Shown here: piece after piece, positions 30,688 through 39,384 of the stretch
Layout of the letters: each line of letters starts with the position of its first letter
Position numbering within the stretch: the first letter of the stretch is position 1
Assembly: GCA_002898395.1 (NCBI GenBank)
Contig: BEHE01000004.1
Location: 1 to 64,000, forward strand
From: Candidatus Calditenuaceae archaeon HR02
GTDB taxonomy: Archaea; Thermoproteota; Nitrososphaeria_A; Caldarchaeales; Calditenuaceae
DNA: 64,000 nt
Reading direction: 5' to 3'
The notes under the pieces: generated by a model
Told to the model about the DNA's origin: nothing
Databases searched by the model: none
What the model saw: the letters and a program-made list of their open reading frames with translations, nothing else
Program-made: the position numbers and the translations under genes

Positions 30688-31656
30688 ATGTTGTTAAACA
30701 TTCAGGATCTTTATGTTCATTATAAAAGCTACTGGTATATTCACAAAGTTTTAAACGGTGTTTGGCTGAGAATGATGGAGGGGGAAAGAGTAGGAGTAAT
30801 CGGCGAGACTGGGAGCGGGAAAACAACACTCCTTAAATCCATATTAAGAATCCTTCCTCAGAATGCCGTTATACCTAATGGTATGATAAAGTTTAAGGAA
30901 ATAGACATGCTAAAAGCCGGCGAGACCGAGCTTTCGATGGTTAGAAGGCGAGAGATAGGAATGATTTTTCAAGACCCTATGGCTGCGTTGAACCCAGTAT
31001 TCAAGATTAAGGACCAATTATACGACGTTATCAGGTATAAGTTGTTCGCAGAAGGGTATAACCCTACGAAAGAGGAGTTACATGATCATGCAGTAAAGGT
31101 GTTAAATGACGTTAAACTTCCTGACTATGAGAGGGTTTTGGAGTCCTATCCCTTTCAGTTAAGCGGTGGTATGAGGCAGAGAGTGATGATTGCCATGGCA
31201 CTAATATCTGCAGGCAAACTTTTGCTCGCGGACGAGCCAACCACCAATATTGACGTTACAATTCAAGACCAGATATTAAAGCTGATTGATAGATTGGTGA
31301 AGCAGAGAGGACTTAGCACCATTCTAGTTTCGCATGCGTTGGGTATGGTTCGCCAAATGACTGATAGAGCCTATGTTCTGTATGCGGGAGACATAATGGA
31401 GGAGGCTAGGACGAGCGAGCTGTTTGACCATCCGGCTCACCCGTATACAAGCTTGCTTATTTCCAGCGCACCGAAAATAAGTACCCGTGAGATAGGTGAA
31501 GGAATTAGGGGGAAGCTACCTGACTACCGATCTCCGCCTATTGGTTGCAGATTCGCCCCTAGATGCCCCTACGCAATGGATAAATGTCACACAATAAAGC
31601 CTAAGAGAACCATTATCAATACAGACCATGCCGTGACATGTCACCTCTATGAGTGA
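30688..31656 (+). CDS. Peptide ABC transporter ATPase (DppD-like)
   Basis: GETGSGKT, LSGGMRQ, HPYT, C-terminal GCRFAPRC. Confidence 0.95.
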   Translation: MLLNIQDLYVHYKSYWYIHKVLNGVWLRMMEGERVGVIGETGSGKTTLLKSILRILPQNAVIPNGMIKFKEIDMLKAGETELSMVRRREIGMIFQDPMAALNPVFKIKDQLYDVIRYKLFAEGYNPTKEELHDHAVKVLNDVKLPDYERVLESYPFQLSGGMRQRVMIAMALISAGKLLLADEPTTNIDVTIQDQILKLIDRLVKQRGLSTILVSHALGMVRQMTDRAYVLYAGDIMEEARTSELFDHPAHPYTSLLISSAPKISTREIGEGIRGKLPDYRSPPIGCRFAPRCPYAMDKCHTIKPKRTIINTDHAVTCHLYE

Positions 31657-32629
31657 GGGTCTGGATATGTATATGGATTATATCGTATCAGTTTCTGATA
31701 TCAGAAAATACTTTACGATAAAAGAAGGAGCCGTAAAAGCCGTAGATGGTGTAAGCTTCTCAGTAAAATATGGTGAGACTCTTGCACTTGTAGGCGAGTC
31801 AGGCTCAGGGAAGACGACCACTGGGCATGTGATAATGGGTTTCTATCCGCCTGATAGTGGAAAAATACTCTACAAAGGAACGTACGACCTATCAATTCCA
31901 ATCAAGAAGCGTAGCCTTGAGTTAAAAAGAGAGATTCAGATAGTTTTCCAAGACCCAGGAACATCACTTAATCCCAAGCACACCGTCAAGGACATCGTTG
32001 GGTTGCCATTACGTGTCCACGGCCTAGCTGATTCAACAAGCGTCTATGCTAGAGTTGCAGAATTGTTAGAGTTTGTAGGTTTAGGTGAAGATTTTATGTT
32101 CAAGTATCCTCATGAGCTAGGTGGAGGTGAGAAGCAACTAGTTGCAATAGCTAGGGCGCTTGCACCAAACCCATCTTTTCTAATCCTTGACGAGCCTACT
32201 TCCGCATTAGATGTTTCATCGCAGGCAAAGGTCCTTAACACATTAAGGAGAATACAGAAGGAAAAAGACATTAGCTATCTCCTAATCACACACGATTTAG
32301 GGGTTGTAAGAAACATAGCACACCGAGTAATAATAATGTACCTGGGGAAAATATATGAAGAGGCCCCCACGGACGAATTCTTCAGATGGCCACTACACCC
32401 ATACACTAAGATGCTTCTATCTTCAATCCCAACATTGACTAGAGAGGATGAAGAAATCAAACCTAAAGGGGTGGAGGCTGTAGGAGAAATCCCAAGCGCA
32501 CTAAGCCCACCAAAGGGGTGTAGATTCCACACTAGATGCCCCTTCGCAAAGCCTATTTGTAGCGAGAGCGAGCCGCCCGAAATTGTGGCAGATAACGGGC
32601 ATGTCGTAAGGTGCTGGCTTTACGAATAG
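31649..32629 (+). CDS. Peptide ABC transporter ATPase (DppF-like)
   Basis: GESGSGKT, DEPTSALD, GCRFHTRC; signature reads LGGGEKQ. Confidence 0.94.
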   Translation: MSEGLDMYMDYIVSVSDIRKYFTIKEGAVKAVDGVSFSVKYGETLALVGESGSGKTTTGHVIMGFYPPDSGKILYKGTYDLSIPIKKRSLELKREIQIVFQDPGTSLNPKHTVKDIVGLPLRVHGLADSTSVYARVAELLEFVGLGEDFMFKYPHELGGGEKQLVAIARALAPNPSFLILDEPTSALDVSSQAKVLNTLRRIQKEKDISYLLITHDLGVVRNIAHRVIIMYLGKIYEEAPTDEFFRWPLHPYTKMLLSSIPTLTREDEEIKPKGVEAVGEIPSALSPPKGCRFHTRCPFAKPICSESEPPEIVADNGHVVRCWLYE

Positions 32630-32636
32630 CGCTTTA

Positions 32637-33740
32637 TTATAGATACTCCTCAATTGAGAGGGATTTTGGCAATTTAGTTAAGTTGGTGTGTCCATCTTCA
32701 GTGATAATCACGTTGTCTTCCAACCTAACTCCAAATCTTCCCGCCAGATATATCCCTGGTTCAACGGTGAATACCATTCCCTTTCTTAGCTCTTGGACAT
32801 TATCCTCTTTGATATAAGGGGGTTCATGGACTTCTAATCCTAAACCATGCCCCGTCCTGTGGATGAAGTATTCCCCGTATCCGGCCTCAGATATAGTCTG
32901 TCTAGCTTTTTTGTCTAGATCTCCAGCCTTCAAGCCTTCCTTAGCAATAGTAAGTGCTGCCGATTGGGCTCTATACACTATGTCAAAAATTTGTTGCTGC
33001 TGCTGCGAGGGTCCTCCACAAGTGATGGTCCTGGTGATGTCAGAAAAGTACCCCATAAATCTAATACCTATATCTAATAGCACTATTTCCCCTTTACCTA
33101 TCCTCCTATCTGTCGGCTCCTGATGGGGAAGTGCAGAGTTGCCTCCTGACTGTATAAGAGTGAAGGCAACCTCGTCTGCGCCTAGTTCCAATGCCCGCGT
33201 CCTGACAAAGGTTGCAAGCTGCTTCTCAGACAAGCCAGCCCTGACGTGACCAATAGTTTCTACCATGAGTTTATTATTGATGTCAGCGGATTTTTCTAAG
33301 CATCTAATTTCTTCGGCATCTTTAATGATTCTTAAAGAGTACATAGTTTCATCGATAAGTGAAAGATCGGTCTCTGAACCTGAAGAAATTATGGGGTGGA
33401 CAAATCTATAGGGCGTACCCCCGTCCACGCCTAGGTGTTTAACTCGGTATTTTGAAAAAAGCCCCTTCAATATGTTTATCGGGTCCTCCACATCACTGTA
33501 GGTAAGAATCTCAATGTTTTGTAACTTGCAATTCTTTTCCGCCCTATCCTTTTCAAGCTTAGGAACTATTAGACACGCTGTATCTTGTTCTCTGAATAAG
33601 ACTAAGGCGACCAAGCGTTCGAGAGAAATTGCACCATAACCAGATAAGTAATACATGTTCGGCTCGAAGGTCAGCATTACAGCGTCGAGTCCTAGGCGGT
33701 CTATATCTTCCAGCAGCCTCTTTAACCTGTTTGAATACAT
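32637..33740 (-). CDS. Xaa-Pro dipeptidase/aminopeptidase (M24B)
   Basis: SDITRT, HRTGHGLGLEVHE, TVEPGIY, GVRLED. Confidence 0.94.
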   Translation of the reverse strand: MYSNRLKRLLEDIDRLGLDAVMLTFEPNMYYLSGYGAISLERLVALVLFREQDTACLIVPKLEKDRAEKNCKLQNIEILTYSDVEDPINILKGLFSKYRVKHLGVDGGTPYRFVHPIISSGSETDLSLIDETMYSLRIIKDAEEIRCLEKSADINNKLMVETIGHVRAGLSEKQLATFVRTRALELGADEVAFTLIQSGGNSALPHQEPTDRRIGKGEIVLLDIGIRFMGYFSDITRTITCGGPSQQQQQIFDIVYRAQSAALTIAKEGLKAGDLDKKARQTISEAGYGEYFIHRTGHGLGLEVHEPPYIKEDNVQELRKGMVFTVEPGIYLAGRFGVRLEDNVIITEDGHTNLTKLPKSLSIEEYL

Positions 33741-33842
33741 GGTGAATCACCAGAATAATGATAGCGGGCTATAAAATTGTATTCCGAAAGCGGGGGGTCT
33801 GCAAGGACAAAATACCTTTTTCATATACCGTCAATCAATTAT

Positions 33843-35597
33843 TTATCTCACTGTTTTCTTCTGCCTTTCCAATCTTATCCTTTGTCTCAACTCTTTTGTA
33901 GCATCCCAGTTTATCTCTAGAGTGTCAGGATTCAATACTACGCCATATACGTCTCTAGCCACTTCGATGGTTATATACTCGTTCTTTACATCCATTCTAA
34001 CTCTCTCGGGGTCCCTTTCCAGAGGGTCACCCCACCCTCCTCCGCCACCGGACCTCAAGCTCACCACTTCTCCTTCTCTTAATTTGAGGGCGGCAATCTT
34101 TCTAGTAACCTTGGGCTCCTCACCGTGCTTGAATATTACGCAATAGTTAGGGGTGCCATTCATTCCTCCTGCAACTCCCCATGGAGGGAACTTACTCCGA
34201 CCTATTGAGACTGTAAAGTAGGCCTCATCGCATAAGACGCGATAATCCTTTATCACCCCAAATCCTCCTCTGAATTTTCCATGACCAGTGCCTCCTTCCA
34301 CATTTAGACAGTACCTGTCAACCATTATGGGCATACGTTTTTCGTAAACCTCGTTTGATGCTATGAAGGTCTCACCGTCTCCACAGGCTACTAATCCACT
34401 CTCACCATCTTTGTCGTATCCTGCCCCCCATCCTCCCGGCTGAGGTTCAACGATAGCGAAAGGCTCGCCTGTCCTATTATCTACTCCTCCAAGTATCGTA
34501 GCTAGAATCGACAAAAAATGACCCGCAGTCAACTTGTCCGGCACGTGAGGGGCGAGAGCTTTCCAGACTAGATCAGTGGCATACGCCATTGACTCCCAGT
34601 AGGTAGAAGTTGGTGTAGGCTTCACTGGATGAAAAACGGAGCCAGGCAGCGCAATCACTCTTAATGGTCTGAAATACCCCCCATTGAAATGTACATGCGG
34701 GTCCGTAACAGCCATGTACGTCTCTCTTACACCCGAGACAGTTGCGGCGTATGGAGAAGCAATGGAGCCCTTAGCCGAGCCGCTTCCAGTAAAGTCTGCT
34801 ACAAACTCATTTTCACTTATAGTCACTTTAACCTTGACATACACAGGGTTATCTGTTAAACCGTCATCGTCGATGTAGTCCTCAGCTTCGAAAACTCCCT
34901 TTGGCAACTTACTAATATTTAATAATGCGAGCCTGTATCCATCATCTATGATTTTTTCCATTGCTTTCTTCACCATCTCTATGCCATACTTCTCTACTAG
35001 TTTTTCAACACGGCGAGACGCAACCTTCATTGAGGCTACTTGTGCCTCCATATCGCCGAGGGTATGTTGAGGAAGTCTAGAGTTCTCTAAGATAATGTCT
35101 ATCACGTCTCTGTTCGGTCTACCTTCATTGTATATTTTTATGCAGGGTAAAAGTAGTCCTTCTTGATAGATCTCCGTCGAATCGGATGTCCAACTACCGA
35201 AATGCATTCCCCCCACCTCACTCCAGTGCCCTTTGTTCAAAATTATTGATAGGAGTTCATCTTTGTAGAAGACTGGCATCGCTAAAGTAACATCGTTTAG
35301 ATGTGTACCTGATTTGTATGGGACATTAAGCCCAACTACATCGCCCGGAAATAGTTCACCGTTCCACTTATCTAGCACTTCTCTTGCCGCGAAGTCGAGG
35401 ACGCCTGAGAAACCAGGGACACCAGGTGCTTGCGCTATCAAATCTCCCTCCGAGTTGGTCATTGCGACCGCATAGTCTAATACCTCATAAATTACCGGGC
35501 TCTTTGCAGTCCTGCCGAAGGCGTAAAACATTTCTTCATTAGCTGTGATAAGACCGCTTTTAATTATCTCCAGAGTGAAAAGGTCGGATTTGCTCAT
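33843..35597 (-). CDS. Hydantoinase B / 5-oxoprolinase subunit
   Basis: SPVIYE..D, GTHLND, HWSEVGG, GGGGGWGDPLER. Confidence 0.93.
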   Translation of the reverse strand: MSKSDLFTLEIIKSGLITANEEMFYAFGRTAKSPVIYEVLDYAVAMTNSEGDLIAQAPGVPGFSGVLDFAAREVLDKWNGELFPGDVVGLNVPYKSGTHLNDVTLAMPVFYKDELLSIILNKGHWSEVGGMHFGSWTSDSTEIYQEGLLLPCIKIYNEGRPNRDVIDIILENSRLPQHTLGDMEAQVASMKVASRRVEKLVEKYGIEMVKKAMEKIIDDGYRLALLNISKLPKGVFEAEDYIDDDGLTDNPVYVKVKVTISENEFVADFTGSGSAKGSIASPYAATVSGVRETYMAVTDPHVHFNGGYFRPLRVIALPGSVFHPVKPTPTSTYWESMAYATDLVWKALAPHVPDKLTAGHFLSILATILGGVDNRTGEPFAIVEPQPGGWGAGYDKDGESGLVACGDGETFIASNEVYEKRMPIMVDRYCLNVEGGTGHGKFRGGFGVIKDYRVLCDEAYFTVSIGRSKFPPWGVAGGMNGTPNYCVIFKHGEEPKVTRKIAALKLREGEVVSLRSGGGGGWGDPLERDPERVRMDVKNEYITIEVARDVYGVVLNPDTLEINWDATKELRQRIRLERQKKTVR

Positions 35598-37654
35598 ATT
35601 ACTCGCCTCTCAGAGATAACAACATTACCATATTTATCTACTGATACCCTCTGTGTATTCAGAACGAGGATGGTGGAAGTGGGGTCTTCAATAATTGCGG
35701 GCCCATCAATCTTGAAATGCGGAGCCAAATTCTGCTTATTATAGACAGACAATGTCAAGTCATCACCATTCAAATACACCCTTCTTTCTCCTATCAAAGC
35801 GTCATCCGATGTTTCGACTGAATTTTCAATCTCCTTGAGCTCGAACTTTCTTATCTTATACTCTCCAACGACATGGAAGTTCACAATTTCCACCGGGCCT
35901 TCTAGTCTAAATGCATATGCTCGTTCGTGATACTCGTGGAACCTGTTTATTATGATGTCAATATCCCCGCTGATAATATTTATCGATGGGATTGGAACCT
36001 TCACCGTATGCTCTTGGCCATAGTATCGCATGTCCGCAAACCTCTGAACCACCGCCTCGCCTACGCCGAGCTCTTCCTTAAAAATTTCAAGAACCTTGCT
36101 CTCGAGCTGTGAGTATATATCGTTTATCCGATTTATGGCCGTCTCCTTATCCAGCCTGACAATCTCTGTATATACAAGATCGTGCCGTATATCTGTGGTG
36201 AGCATTCCCCATGCGCTGAAAACTCCTGGAGGGATCACGGGGACTATTATCTTCTTTATCTCAAGTTCTTGAGCTATGAACGGAGCGAACATTGGCCCTG
36301 AACCGCCATGTACTATAAGGGTGAAATCCCTTGGGTCATAGCCGCGCTGGACGGAGACCACTCTAATGGCGAAGGCTGCATTCTCATTTGCGAGTTTAAT
36401 GATACCCTCGGCTGCTTCTTGGACGGAGATGTTGTAGTGGTCTGCAACCTTTTGTTTAATCACCTCGTGGGCCAATTTCTTATGTATTCTCATAGCCCCA
36501 CCTAAGAGGTATTCAGGATTGATTAGACCGTTCACTACATAGGCGTCTGTTACGGTAGGTTCTGTTCCTCCTTTCCCATAGCATGCAGGCCCAGGATAGG
36601 CTCCGGCGGCCTTCGGGCCAACCCTCAAGTTCCCTATTGAGTCAATCCAAGCAATACTTGTCCCTCCGTTCCCTATCTCGAATGTATCTACAACCGGAAC
36701 CCTCACCGGATATCCTGCAGAAGTCTTCGTCCTCTCTACATAATATTCAGTATGAACTCGGGGGATTAGGCCTTCAATAAGACTAGCTTTTGTAGTGGTG
36801 CTCCCACCATCTAGAACGATTACGTTACTATCACCCAATAGTTTAGCGATGTATACTCCGCCTATGACCCCTGCTACGGGTCCGGACTCTATCGTATATA
36901 TGGGGAATTTCTTAGCTATGTCGAAAGTTGCCACACCTCCGTTGGAGAGCATGACAAAGGGGCTTTTCTTGAAGCCTTTTTCTTTGAAAGCCTCTTCTAG
37001 CCTTGTCAAGTATTTTATCAGTTTAGGTTTAACATAGGCATTGAGGACAGCTGTCATGGTGCGTTCATATTCTCTCCACTCTCTAGTTATTTCATGCCCT
37101 AAAGTTACAGGTACATCCATGCTCTCCTGAACTATCTCGCCTGCCCTAAGTTCGTGGGTAGGGTTTGCGTAAGAGTTTATAAAACTTATACAGATACTCT
37201 CAACTCCCTCCCGAAGAAATTTTTCCAGCGCTTTCTTTACATCCTCCTCTTTTAAGGGCTTAAGGATTTCTCCGCTAGCAGTGACGCGCTCCTCCACTTC
37301 TAAGCGCAAATACCTCGGAACGATAGGGTCAGGTTTTTGGTATCTGAAATTATACATATCTCTTCTGTTGGATCTCTGGAGTTCTAAGACATCTCTAAAT
37401 CCCTTAGTTGTTATTAGGCCGACCTTGGCTCCTTTTCTCTCAATGATTGTATTGATGACTAGGGTCTGTCCATGTATGATGGAAAGTACTTTGGAAAAGT
37501 CTATTCCGCTCTTAGAAATTGTTTTTAATACGCCGATTGAGGGGTCGTGGGGGGTTGTTTCATCCTTAACCCAAATGAGCTCTCCAGTATCATCATTATA
37601 ACCCACTAAGTCGGTAAAGGCACCTCCAATATCAATACCTATCCTAAATACCAA
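35594..37654 (-). CDS. Hydantoinase A / 5-oxoprolinase subunit (ATP-dependent)
   Basis: GIDIGGAFTD, ESGPVAG, AGAYPGPACY, DMRYYGQEH. Confidence 0.94.
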   Translation of the reverse strand: MVFRIGIDIGGAFTDLVGYNDDTGELIWVKDETTPHDPSIGVLKTISKSGIDFSKVLSIIHGQTLVINTIIERKGAKVGLITTKGFRDVLELQRSNRRDMYNFRYQKPDPIVPRYLRLEVEERVTASGEILKPLKEEDVKKALEKFLREGVESICISFINSYANPTHELRAGEIVQESMDVPVTLGHEITREWREYERTMTAVLNAYVKPKLIKYLTRLEEAFKEKGFKKSPFVMLSNGGVATFDIAKKFPIYTIESGPVAGVIGGVYIAKLLGDSNVIVLDGGSTTTKASLIEGLIPRVHTEYYVERTKTSAGYPVRVPVVDTFEIGNGGTSIAWIDSIGNLRVGPKAAGAYPGPACYGKGGTEPTVTDAYVVNGLINPEYLLGGAMRIHKKLAHEVIKQKVADHYNISVQEAAEGIIKLANENAAFAIRVVSVQRGYDPRDFTLIVHGGSGPMFAPFIAQELEIKKIIVPVIPPGVFSAWGMLTTDIRHDLVYTEIVRLDKETAINRINDIYSQLESKVLEIFKEELGVGEAVVQRFADMRYYGQEHTVKVPIPSINIISGDIDIIINRFHEYHERAYAFRLEGPVEIVNFHVVGEYKIRKFELKEIENSVETSDDALIGERRVYLNGDDLTLSVYNKQNLAPHFKIDGPAIIEDPTSTILVLNTQRVSVDKYGNVVISERRVI

Positions 37655-37912
37655 ATATTGTCACCTTCCATCATCCCTTTAGCGATATTCTCATTAATAT
37701 AAAACTAACTCTTAGTATGCAGTCTAATGCGATAGGTGTGTATGATTTCATCTGGCGGTAAAAACTTGGCCGGCCGCACCAGTAGGATCTAGCCTTGATT
37801 GTTAATGATTAACTGTTAGCAGGCGCTCTAGAGCGTTCAATAGGCCATGATTTTCGCTGAGGGATAGCGTTGGGCGCTGGAGTTATAGGCTGGCTTGTTG
37901 TAGGATTATTGG

Positions 37913-39121
37913 ATGGAGCTTGCGGGGTTGGTGGGTAAGCCGAACGCGGGTAAGAGTACTCTGTTCTCTGCTTTAACGTTGGTGGATGTTCCGATTGCGA
38001 ATTATCCGTTCACTACTAAGAGCCCTAATAGGGGGGTGACATATCTCAGGTTTAACTGTGTCTGCAGGGAGCTGGGCGTTAAGGATAACCCCAGAAACTC
38101 GCTCTGCGTGGATGGTGTGAGGCTTATCCCAATCCAAATTATTGACTGCCCCGGTATTGTTCCGCAGGCTCATCTGGGTAGGGGGTTAGGCCTCCAGTTC
38201 CTTGACGAGATTAGGCAGGCAAGTGCTTTGATCGTTGTAGCTGACGCCTCTGGTGGGACAGATCTTGAGGGTAACATCGTTGAGCCCGGGACTCAGGACC
38301 CCGTTGAGGATGTGAGGCTCGTTGAGAGGGAGCTGGATGAGTGGCTTCTCGGCATTATCGCGAGGGATTGGCCGAGGATTGCGAGGGCTGTAGAGGCTAA
38401 GCAGGCCGCCCTTTCAGAAGAGATTGCACGGGTATTCTCTGGGCTTGGAATCGGTAGGGAGGAAGTCGAGGCCGTCATAAGTAGGTCTGAGTTGAGCCTG
38501 GCCCATCCTACCGGGTGGAAAAAAGAGGAGCTTCGCATATTCGTAAATGAATTGAGAAGACTGTCGAAGCCGATAATAGTGGCTGCGAACAAAGCCGATG
38601 TGCCGGGAGCGCAGAAAGGGGTCAAGAGGCTTGTAGATGCAGGGTATGAGACTATCCCTTGTAGCGCTGAGGCTGAGCGGGCCCTGAGAATAGCGGCTGA
38701 GCGGGGGCTGGTGAGCTATAGGCCGGGGGACAAGACATTCAAGATCATCGACGATTCCAGGCTAAGCCCAGCCCAGAAAAAAGCCCTCGACAGGCTTGCA
38801 GCATTTATGGAAAAAAACGGTGGAACAGGTGTCCAAGACTTGATAGACAGGGCTTACTTAGGCATTTTGGGTTATATTCCTGTATTTCCGGTCGAGGATC
38901 CTGCAAGATTGACAGACAAGAACGGAAACGTCCTCCCAGACGTGTATCTTCTCAAGCCGGGTTCAGGCCCCAGAGACCTAGCGTATAAGATCCATTCCGA
39001 GCTAGGGGAGGGATACCTCTACGCCATCGACGCGCGGCGAAAGCTTAAGCTCTCATCCGATTATAGGCTGAGGCCAGGAGACGTAGTATCCATTGTCTCG
39101 GCCGCTAAGAGGGGGGCTTAG
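37913..39121 (+). CDS. ychF: Obg-family YchF-like ATPase/GTPase with TGS domain
   Basis: GKPNAGKST, NYPFTT, DCPG, ANKAD. Confidence 0.92.
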   Translation: MELAGLVGKPNAGKSTLFSALTLVDVPIANYPFTTKSPNRGVTYLRFNCVCRELGVKDNPRNSLCVDGVRLIPIQIIDCPGIVPQAHLGRGLGLQFLDEIRQASALIVVADASGGTDLEGNIVEPGTQDPVEDVRLVERELDEWLLGIIARDWPRIARAVEAKQAALSEEIARVFSGLGIGREEVEAVISRSELSLAHPTGWKKEELRIFVNELRRLSKPIIVAANKADVPGAQKGVKRLVDAGYETIPCSAEAERALRIAAERGLVSYRPGDKTFKIIDDSRLSPAQKKALDRLAAFMEKNGGTGVQDLIDRAYLGILGYIPVFPVEDPARLTDKNGNVLPDVYLLKPGSGPRDLAYKIHSELGEGYLYAIDARRKLKLSSDYRLRPGDVVSIVSAAKRGA

Positions 39122-39384
39122 AGTTTCCAGAGAAGGAGTAGCCAGGCCATCCCTAATCGTCCCTAGTTATCAAGCCCACTGGTTCTTGAAAATATACAGA
39201 AGCCTGTTGGCAGTAGATGGTAAAACCTTAGCGTCGTGCGGGGAGAGGCCTTTTTACTCCTAGGCCATGCTCTTCAGAACTGGATGAGGCGCAGAAATGG
39301 TATCTTCTTCGGCCTTTCTTCCCGCAACCCTTACCACGAAGTGGATAGACCTCTGACTACAAAACAGAAAGGCCGCATCGAATG

